Shown here: positions 51,791-61,242 of the stretch, in pieces
Position numbering within the stretch: the first letter of the stretch is position 1
Layout of the letters: each line of letters starts with the position of its first letter
NCBI GenBank assembly: GCA_016748015.1
Contig: JAAOMT010000586.1
Location: forward strand, 665,483 to 729,482
Direction: 5' to 3'
Origin: Geosiphon pyriformis uo1
Lineage: Eukaryota; Fungi; Glomeromycota
DNA length: 64,000 bases
Program-made: the position numbers and the translations under genes
The notes under the pieces: generated by a model
What the model saw: the letters and a program-made list of their open reading frames with translations, nothing else
Told to the model about the DNA's origin: nothing
The model's database searches: none

Positions 51791-52803
51791 AAGTGCCCAT
51801 TGTTAAAGTATTGGATATTGATCATCTGTTCTAGGTCAGTATAGGCTACAAATTTTTCTAACTTGGGATTATCAGGTAAGTCTTGTTGATTTATTGATTG
51901 ATTTTGAGACTGCTGATTCTTAATTTCCATTTTTTTTTCTAAATCTCTTTTGTCTTAACACTCTTTACAGCACTGATTTTGGCATAGGATAAGACAGTTT
52001 TCGCAGAGGTAAGTGTTGATTTAAGTAAGATATTGTTCTTGTTCTTGTTGAGTGGGGCATAGTTGTTGGTAGTAGTCTTGGAATTTGTCTACTGGGTCAA
52101 ACATGTTGTAGCTGGTGACTTCGTTGACTACTTTGGTTGACTCTTTCCAACATTGTATTTTTTTGGCAGTTTTTCCTCTTACTTTGGTCTATGTAGTGTT
52201 GTACAATTTGTTCTTGTCATGTGAGTAGTGCTGTAGTCTTTTTAACACTCTGTTGAATACTGCTTTGAATGGCATTCCTCTTCTTATTCAGTCACAAATA
52301 AAGATTATTGTTATGGGTAAACTTGGTGGGTATGAGAAATGGTAATGTTTGGTGCTCTCAATTATTGATGATGTGTCTTCCATGTAATTCTGTTGGCTTA
52401 ATCTTGATTATCAGTATCTGAAGGTCTATTCCTGGATGTGAATTTTACCCATTGAGTTCTTTGGTTATAAGGCACAGAGTTTGTCTTTCGTCGATTACAA
52501 TGTTTTTCATAAATGTGAACTTTCTTCTCCGAACTAATGAGTGCAGTCATTAGAGTCTGGTGTTGTCTTTTCACCCTTCTGGTAAGCTAACAAGATAATG
52601 TTAATATCCAAAACTTAGGGGGAGCTTCCCTCTTTTACCAAACTATTATGAAGTTTATTTCCAGACAGTCAATTTTACTATGTTGTCACTCCAAAAAAAA
52701 ATAAGACAGAAAAAAAAAGAAAAAGAAAAAGAAAAGAAAAGAAAAGAGAGAAAAGATAAATTAGTATCATCAATTGCCATGATCAAGAGCAATTGGTTCA
52801 AAT

Positions 52804-53401
52804 TGTTAATAGGTTCAAGGCGGTTATGCTAAAAGCATCTGTTCTAGAATGGAGGTACGAAACAAGGGTTAATTCACATAAAATTCATGAAGTTTGAGAA
52901 CATGAATTCGTGATTCTGATTTCTTTTAATAATTGGTTTATTTTAGAAGATGAAATAGGGAAGATAATAAAGGATGAAGGGGTATGGATATTTTAATTTC
53001 TGGTCTAGAGGTTTGTATCTATTTTTTCTTCTCTGTCTTTTCTCACTTCTACAACTACTTGCTTTTATACATTCTTTTGGTTTTACAGGATTGCTTTCAA
53101 TTGTCTCGCTATTGCTAGCTATTGCTTTGTTGTTTCTGTTATTGTTTCGTTTTTCTATGTTATCACTAGTTATTCTATGTTATAACATGTTATCTGATGT
53201 TATTATATGTTATTCTGTGTTATTCTGCATTATAACACATTATCTTATGTTATTGCACACTATTCTGTGTTATCCTGTATTATAACACATTATCCAATAT
53301 TATAATGCATTATCTAACGTTATTGCACATTATTCTGTGTTATGTCACATTTTGGTCACGTTTCTTTATAACTTTGGATCAGTTTTTCTACTCGGGTAAT
53401 A
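52804..53401 (-). repeat. Family-D LTR (598 bp) shared as the 3' LTR of element C and the 5' LTR of element B
   Basis: Preceded on the minus strand by a PPT (53402..53417) and followed by a leader; TGTTA..TAATA termini; TATTCTGTGT tandem repeats; TATA-like TATAAAA at 53063..53069 (-). Confidence 0.82.
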
Positions 53402-53415
53402 TTATTCCTTTTTTT

Positions 53416-54267
53416 TTAAAATTGAGCTCCTGCGAAACCATATGTATCTGTTATCATGGCTTCATTTATGTAATGTTCGATTGTTGTCTCGAGTATTGCC
53501 TTTTGTAGGTCTTCAAACTGTTGATTGGTTATTTGTCCTATGCTGTTAACCATTATGGTTTTCATAGATCTATTCAGTAGTATGTTTAGACAATGTTGAA
53601 AGGCAGCATATAGTCGGTATGCTGTTTTGTAATATAGGGTTAGGTTGTTTTTCCCTATGAATTTTTCTACTTGTTGTATTGCTTTTTTGTTGAACATTTT
53701 CTGGCTGAGGTCTTCATATGGTGTTTTCAAGTCAAGCTGTTCTCCAATTTTGTAGAACTAATAAGCTGGAGGAAGTCTTTCTTTCTATTCCTGGACATTG
53801 TCAAGTGTCCACTCCCCTGTTTCGGGAAGTTCGGTCCCACGAGCTAAAGCTTCTTTTATTTTTTTGAGCTCGGAAACCAAGTATCTTCTTTTGTAACCTT
53901 TTTCTTGTTCTTTGTCTCCTTCTTTTCTACCTCCCGCCTGAAGGCAATTTTTCCTTCCACATTGCCTTTCAGGTGGTGGGTAGGAGAGGGAATATTTAGT
54001 TCTAATTGAACTCTTGTCCTCCTCTCTTCTGCTCTTATCTTTGTACCGTATCTCTTTTTTATCAATTGTTATTTCTATTTGAGATGTCGATTTTTGAATT
54101 GTTTCAAATAATTGTTTAGATAATTTTAAAATTTGATCTGAAAGATTCATGTTGAAATTTCTATCGTTTCTTGCTGCTTTTTGGATGCTATATATATTTG
54201 AATTCTTCAATTTAATTTGCTGCCCGTTGTCTACGTTTTGATGACAATAATTGGTTCCAGATCTCAT
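53416..54267 (-). pseudogene. Extra ORF3 (~283 aa, unknown function) between integrase and PPT
   Basis: ORFs 53785..54267 and 53416..53730 are in the same frame, separated by two internal stops; homologous tails in three other elements of this window. Confidence 0.75.
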
Positions 54268-54289
54268 GATATATCTTTTGGTCTGATTA

Positions 54290-55600
54290 ATGAAATTTGT
54301 GTTCCTAGTTGAGATACTAATGACGATGATTCCTGTTTTACATGATAAATTTTTAACCGATTTCTATGCACTACTTTCTTTAAAATCCTGTCTTTCAATC
54401 ATAATTTGTAAGCTCCATTTCCTAATGCTTCGTGTATGTGGAATGAACCATTCCACTTTGGGTCAAACTTTCTACTTCACTGTTTCTTAATTTTTATACA
54501 ATGTAATAGTACTTGGTCTCCAATCTTGAATTCCATTGGTTGTTCTGATAGGTGTTTATCATGTCTTTCTTTTTGTTGTTCTTGAGCATGACTAATATTG
54601 CCAGCTACTGTTCTTTGATTGTTTTTCAACGTTTCTATTAGCTGGTACATTCTTTGGTGTAAGGTAGCCTCAAAATTCTCTTCATTGATTGTTTCTGTTG
54701 GATATGATGGTATCACTTGTTCAATCAGTAATGTAGCTTTTCTTCCATAGATTAGTTCAAACGATATGAACTGAGTTGTATTTTGTTTCAATGTTCGGTA
54801 TGTAAAGAGTACAGAAGGTATGAATAAATCCCATTCTTGTCTGTTTTCATGACTTATTTTTGCTAGTGCTTCGCACAGTGTTCTGTTAAATTGTTCTACC
54901 AGTCTGTTCATTTGTGTGTGGTATGGTGATGATAAGGGTCTCTTTATTCCAAACCATTGGCTTAGTTCAGTCAGCATATTATTAATAAAGTGTGTTTCCT
55001 GATCAGATAATAATTCTTTCAGACATCCATGTCGGCAAATTAGGTCTTGATGCACAAATTCAGTGACTGTTTTGGCATTGGCCATTTGGATTGCTCTGGC
55101 TTCTGGCCATTTTGTAAGATAGTTTATGACTACAGCAATATAGCGATTTCCTTGAGATGTAATTAAAAGAGGTCCAACCAAATCAATCCCGATTCTATCA
55201 AATGGATTTCCAACTGGAATGGGTCAAAGTGGTTCTGTTGATCTTGTTCCTCCTCTTCGCTGGCATACATCACAATTGAGCATGTATTCGAAAATGTCTT
55301 TGTGCATCATTGGCCAATAGTATAAGTTTAGTGTTTTTTCGAGAGTAGCGTCTTTGTTAAAGTGTCCTGCAGTCAGATCTGAGTGCATGCTATATAGTAT
55401 AGTTTCTCTTTCACTGTCTGTGATTAGTCATTATGGGTTGGGGTGGTTTCAGTATTCTCATCAATATAGTTGGTTGTCTTGAATAAAGTAATTTCGGGCT
55501 TGTTTTCATATGGTACTCTGTTCCTGTTGAGATAATATCTTTTTAAAACATAGTGTTGATAGGTACTAATGTAGTTGTTGATAAGTGAGTATGTCCATGA
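54290..55600 (-). pseudogene. Gypsy integrase (HHCC, DDE core, GPF/Y region, no chromodomain)
   Basis: HSDLTAGH..CDVCQ, GIDLVGPL, LSDQ, YLTKWPEA, SPYHTQMN.LVEQFNRTL, KIGDQVL and KWNGSFHI. Confidence 0.93.
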
Positions 55601-55608
55601 GTCTGGGA

Positions 55609-57000
55609 TTAGGTTTGTGGCATTCTCGACAAACTGTCAGCATTGGTATTCTTGGATTCTTCCTTGTAATGGACTTTGAGTGGGAATTGTTGCAGATAAG
55701 TACTCCATCTCACATATTTTCCTTTTAGTTGTGGATTGTTGAGTAACCAAATAAGTTCTTTGTGGTTGGTATATAGGTCAAATGGTTGACTGAGGTAATG
55801 TTTCCAAGTCTGTATGGCCCAATAAATGGTGAGACATTCCAGATCTGTTGTGCTGTAATTCTTTTCTGCTGGGCTAGTGCTGTGACTAGCGTAGGCAACT
55901 GGGTGTTCTCTATTGTCCAGTCCTATCTGTAATAAGACTGCTTCTAGAGCATTTTTTGAGGCATTCATAGTGACAATGAACTATTTAGTAAAATCTGGGT
56001 AAATCAAGATTGGGGATGTGATCAATCGCTGCTTGAGATAGTCAAATGCTCTCTGTTGATTTTTCTTTTACAAGTACAGTATGTATTTGGACAACAATTG
56101 ATGGAGTGGTTTTGTGATGTTCGAGAAATCTTTGACAAATTGACGATAATATCTTGCTAATTCTAGAAATCCTTGTAATTCTCTGAGGTTGATTGGGACT
56201 GGAAAATTCTTGACTTTTTGTACTTTATCTGGATCGGGTTTAACTCCATTCTTGCTGATTACATGTCCTAGAAATTTTAACTCGGTTTTTCCAAAGAAGC
56301 ACTTCTCAAGATTGAGTTTCAATCTGGCACTATGAAGACATTCGAAGACTTGTTGCAAATGGAGCAGATGGTCTTCGAATATTTCAAAGAACACGTTTGT
56401 GTCATCTAGGTAGACTACTACTGATTTCTAAAGGATTCCTTTGTATACTACATCCATTAGGCGTTAAAACATGGCAGGAGTATTACAAAGTCCAAAAGGC
56501 ATTACATTAAACTCGAAGTTTCCGTCTCAAGTGGTAAACGCTGTTTTTCCTTTGTCTTTGGGGTCCATTTCAACTTGCCAGTAACCACTTGCTAAATCTA
56601 ATGATGAGAACTATTTTTTTTTCCCTAGATTGTCCAGAATTTTCTGGATGAAGAGAGTGGGATAACTATCTCCTCGTGTGACACTATTTAGTTTTCAATA
56701 ATCTATGCAGAATCGCACTTTTCCATTTTTCTTGGTGACTAAGACTACTGGTGAAGACCAAGAGCTTAACAATTTTTTGATTAGGCCATTATCAAGCATC
56801 CATTGCACTTCTTGCTTAATTAGGTTATTGCCAGATAGGAATACGTGGTAAGCTCATTGTTTAATTGGTCGAGTGTCTCCTGTATCAATCTGATGCTTCA
56901 CAATATCAGTGCGTCCAAACTCATTTTCACTGGCAAAGACATCGGCATACTGATTCAGAAGGATTTTGAGTTACATTTGTTGCAGGGTACTTAAATTTCC
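55609..57000 (-). pseudogene. Gypsy RT and RNase H of element C
   Basis: RFCIDY, LDLASGYWQ, MPFGLCN, YLDD at 56401..56412, FLGH, AYASH..AEKNY and NADSLSR. Confidence 0.95.
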
Positions 57001-57439
57001 TAAATTCAATTTATTGATCTCTTCTGGTATGAACAAGTAACTTTCTTTTGGCAAATTTCATACTTGTGAGATAATGTCACAGAATAAGAATAATTGTGCG
57101 AAATCTGGAATGGACTGGGGTTTTTTAGAATTCTGACTATCTGTGGATATGAAACTGACAAGGGTCCCTTTGGGAATTTCAATGACATCTTCTGTTAGAT
57201 TGTGGATGGGAATTTTAAAGTGTTTATGGGTTTTGGCCAGTAGGTATAGATTAGCAACATTGGCTAGGGAACAGATTTTGGGACTGGCTTCGAATAATAG
57301 GGCTTGATCTTGGATCTTTCGATTCACTTTGAGGATGTATTGTCGGTATAGGGAAATGGAGATGACAGTATCAGTGTGGATAAATTCTACCTGGTCACTG
57401 TCTTCCTTCATGAAATTAACTGGTACGTTTCCTTTTCTA

Positions 57440-57830
57440 CTTGATCCAAACCCGTTGATTCCTTGGGCAGTGAGGCCTAACTCTTTTTGAGTTGTTATCA
57501 GGGTTAATTGGGGTATTTTGACTAGGAGTAGAAAGATAGCTTGGGCAATCTTTTCTTATGATTCTATTTTGTAGGATCTGTCCGAATTGTTCTGTAGCAT
57601 TATGATGATGTTTCCAGTGTAACTGGCATTGATGATTTCTTCTTTTATGTCGATTTTTTTCTTAGCTAGACTAGATTGAGAAGCAACTTGTACCATTGTA
57701 CTAACAGGAATTTCTAATGCTATCTTAAGATCTATTTTTATGAGAAAATGTGGGGCTATAATGATGGGTGATTGTCCAGGATATCATAGGTCGAAACCAG
57801 CATCAGTGTCATGTGCTTTTTCAGAGCAGA
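57440..57830 (-). pseudogene. dUTPase domain of element C
   Basis: AHDTDAGFDL (motif 1), VASQSSLAKK (2), IINASYTGNI (3, decayed from IIDAGYTG), KIAQAI (4) and QGINGFGSS (5). Confidence 0.92.
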
Positions 57831-58913
57831 TTCTTTTCTCATTGTCACTGTACTATTTTAGCTCTAGTTCTTTGGAGAGGTCGGGATACGCGAGATACTG
57901 TTCTGTTTTGGTATCTTCAGTTGGATCTTGAAATGACATGTCCTTAGTGATTAATACCTCTTCTTTGGGTTCAGGTAGTTTGGTGATTGGAAACAGTATT
58001 CTTGGAGGTGGATTGAACATGAGATCACATTCATCACAGTACTGGAAGTGACAGAGGATCAAACAGTGATTGCATAGTTTAGTATTCAAATTGGCCAATC
58101 TTTGCTCCTGTTCCTCACGAGTTGGGGCCAATTCCTGATATCAGTTCTGAAATGCAGCTGGGTCATCTGTGAAGAAATCATCCTTGGAGTAGTCGGATCC
58201 AATATATTTGGGCATCCAAGGATTGTCTTTAATTTCTCATATTTTTTTGGGTGTGGTGCCTTCGGCCTTGGCACTTGTCATTCTCCAGATTTTGTGGTCA
58301 TTGTGTAGATAACCATTTAGCCTGTTGAGTGCTCGTTTCCAAGCATCCTCAATGGGGGTTCTCTTTTGTACCCAATTGTTGATTAATATGGTGTATTAAC
58401 AAGCCTTGTCACATGTTCCTCCCCTGCCAGGCACATCATTCCAGAGTCCTTCATCTGACAGGATTTCACCACATGAAAGGCATGGTGTGTAGTCCCACTT
58501 GCCTTGTCATTTTGGTTGTCCAAATTTTTCCAGTAAACAAGGCCTGCAATAGTATTTGGTGGCGGTGGGCTATTCTTCGTTGTCCCCGATACATGCACTC
58601 ATAGTGGATAGTTTTTTCCCACAATCAACACATATTAGTCTTGGGGGTTGGTAAAATAAGTTTCTTTGGTTCAAGGTTATGTATCCTAGTGATGATGATT
58701 GGGGTTCTTCTTCAGCTCTGCCTTTTCCTTTTTTTTTCAGGTTGGTGGTGGAGGTAGTTCAGTTCAATAATCATCCATCTATGAAACCTGATAGGTCTTG
58801 ATGGTTGGTGGCATTGATGTGTCTTCGAATTCAATAAGGGGTTCCTTAGTACGTTGGTTTTTAAAGTGTCCACACGTAGCTGGAACTCGGGCATGCTGTC
58901 CGTTGAACGTGAG

Positions 58914-59240
58914 TTAAAGTTCTTGAGTATTCCAGACAAGAGTAGTGTTGGCTTTTGACAACCAATCATTTTCTACTAGAGCTTGATATTGAGTAGCTTT
59001 CATAATGAGTACTTTGGTAGGGATTTGGATTCCATTAATCTCGAAAGGGAAGTTGTCAATTTCTCCTATTGGGGTTTTTGTGTTCTCATCTGCTGTAAGG
59101 ATCCAGGCGGTAGCAGCATGGTCTACTCGGCAACCTAATTGGTCCATGAGCTGCTTCATGATTATGCTACCAGCTGATCCGCTATCTAGGATTAATTTAA
59201 TATCTATTCCTTCGACTCTAGCATCAGTGTATAGGGCCAT
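58914..59240 (-). pseudogene. Retropepsin-type aspartic protease of element C
   Basis: IKLILDSGSAGSII catalytic motif; ALVENDWL (decayed from GNDWL). Confidence 0.92.
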
Positions 59241-60217
59241 TATTGGTTTATCCTGATTGATGGCTGCTCCACTAAAAAGGCTATGTGTGTTCAAATTATC
59301 AATGTCAAAAGGAAATATAGTGGCTAAGGTGGTGTTTTCAGTAATAGTGGCTGGTGAAATATTGCTTTTGTTTGCTTGAAAGGTTGGGAGATTCATTCTA
59401 TATCCCCCCTTTCCACAGGTGTAGATTTATCAAAACCCTGGTCTTCTATAAGACCGAGATAGGAAGCTTGATTCGGGTATCCAGTTGGTGTTGGTCGAGA
59501 TTGGGCAGGACTGCGAGGGATTGGTCGAGATAGTCCACTGTTGGTTTGTACCTGATTGTTGTTGGAATTCTTCCATCCCTAATTATAGTCTATAGCTTAA
59601 GGTCTGGATAGACTGTAAGGGGAAGTTTGATAGTGAGGGATTGCTTGTGTCATTGGTGGTGGTTGATAATAATTCTGGGACGGTGGTTGAGTGTACAGGA
59701 CTTGTTGTGTATATAGGGGCAGTTGATTCTGAGATATGGAATATTGGGGTACTATGTTTTACTGATATCTGGATTGCTGGTATGGGTTTCCTTGATTTTG
59801 GTCCATGATCTTTTTTTTGCAGTCATGAGCAATGTGTCCAGGTTTTTGGCAGTAGTAGTAGTTGCGGAGATCGGATCTCCAAGGTTGTGGCTGTTGCTAA
59901 TGGTTCTATTGCTGTGGGTATCTACTGTTGTTGTTATTTTCTTTCCATTGGGGTGGTTGGTAAGTTCCTGTAGTTCCAGCTAAGAATCTTTCAATTTTCT
60001 GAGTTAGTTTCTCACTCAATTGGGTTATCTCTGTGTCGATGTCAGAGGTTCCGTTAATGGCTAAATTAATGGCTTGGGTATGGTTCGCTTTTTGTTCTGC
60101 AGACTCAAAATCGCGAGCAAAAGTGACGGCGTCTTGTAAACTGGTCAGATGGTAGGGTCTTATGGATCTTAGAATACTACTCTGCAATTTTTTAATGAAT
60201 TGATTAAGAACTTGCGC

Positions 60218-61200
60218 TGTTACTAGACAAAATTAGAAATATTATTTAGCATGAAATTATCTTATAATTCCTATCATTAATTAGCATATATTATCGTTTC
60301 AAGTGATCACTTATTACATTAGCAAAAATGTCCGAAATTATCATTTAATTAATAACCCAAATTGTACACAAAACAAATATAACCTAATTGCGATGATCAA
60401 TCATGCAATACCCCGAACTATGTAACATTCAGAAGTTCGCCGAAATTTGTAGAAATTCGCCGAAATAATTGATAGTTCACCAAAAAATCTAATAGTTCAT
60501 AGAAATAACTTATAGTTCGCCAAAATGTATCTTTAGTTCAGCGAAATTGTAGAAAATAGCAAAGTTCAAGTTCATAGAATAGTGTTACAACAAGTTGTAT
60601 AAAAGAAGAGCTTCTCTTTTCGAGAAAATGTATCTTACTTCAGATTTATCACTTAGAACCATTCCTATACACACAAAAAGAAATAAATATCAAATAATTT
60701 GAAAAACCAAATTCTTTAAATTATTGCACTTGGAAAATTCTCAAAACCCAACTAATGTTTTGAAATTGATTAGCTACCAATTTCAATAAACTGTTAGTAA
60801 CTTCAGGCCTGGATCGAAAACAATTTTCTTGATAAAATCCTATTTCTTTTACATTTCTTTTATTTTTCTTTTCTTTTCTTATTACAATCATTAAGGTAGC
60901 CTACAGACAAGATTCCTGTAAAAAAGTTGACTTTCACAGCAAAATAACTACACATTTTTAGTGAGCTTCCAGACAAGCAATTCTTGGGAAAGAGTTGACG
61001 TTTACTACAACATAACTACATAAAGCAACTGGCACAGAATTGGCCATTCCACTCATAAGCCCAGCAAGTTCAAATTATAGGAGATAATTTGAAGTTAAAA
61101 ATTCAGTTACTGGAGGTTCAACCACATCCAGAAAACGTGAATTCACAGCAAATAAGTATCAACAACATTTAAGAAAAGAGACCAAAAACCTCTGGTAACA
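60218..61200 (+). repeat. 5' LTR, family A (983 bp)
   Basis: Terminal inverted repeat TGTTACTAGA..TCTGGTAACA; AGTTCGCCGAAA-type tandem repeats at 60430..60550; TATAAAA at ~60598; four further copies in the window. Confidence 0.93.
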
Positions 61201-61202
61201 TT

Positions 61203-61218
61203 TGGTACTCTCCCACAG
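61203..61218 (+). promoter_or_regulatory. Primer-binding site TGGTACTCTCCCACAG
   Basis: Starts with TGG 2 nt after the LTR end, complementary to a tRNA 3' ..ACCA end; tRNA identity not determined. Confidence 0.75.
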
Positions 61219-61242
61219 AAATAACACAGCAACTAATTCAAA

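Larger units (their letters stand above)
46986..52803 (-). mobile_element. Internally deleted Ty3/Gypsy element B: leader, Cys-rich remnant, dUTPase, RT, RNase H, ORF3 tail, PPT, LTR; gag, protease and integrase absent
   Basis: ORFs 51631..51930, 51173..51379, 48620..49351 and 48371..48559. RNase H ends at ANCLSRM and abuts the ORF3 tail. PPT AAGGAGGGAATAA at 47846..47858. Confidence 0.85.
52804..60217 (-). mobile_element. Ty3/Gypsy element C: gag (CCHC) - protease - Cys-rich domain - dUTPase - RT - RNase H - integrase - ORF3 - PPT - LTR; gag interrupted at 60217 by element A
   Basis: Domain order PR-RT-RH-IN; knuckle remnant YYYCQKPGHIAHDC (~59820..59860); all domains recognisable despite stops. 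Confidence 0.93.

Noticed and set aside
52790-52820. tRNA gene or Pol III B-box suggested by GGTTCAAAT
   Set aside because: The flanks cannot form a T-arm or cloverleaf; the motif straddles the LTR/leader junction.
52974-53508. Hydrophobic + strand ORFs that could be taken for an env or membrane protein
   Set aside because: They lie antisense within the family-D LTR and arise from T-rich tandem repeats.
59380-59420. Programmed gag-pol frameshift in element C
   Set aside because: The related element A has gag and protease in one frame; the shift here is more simply a post-insertion indel.
60430-60550. Regularly spaced repeats resembling a CRISPR array (also 47660..47745, 53150..53345 and 5340..5460)
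   Set aside because: Short degenerate tandem repeats inside LTR U3 regions, with no unique spacers, no cas genes and a eukaryotic context.
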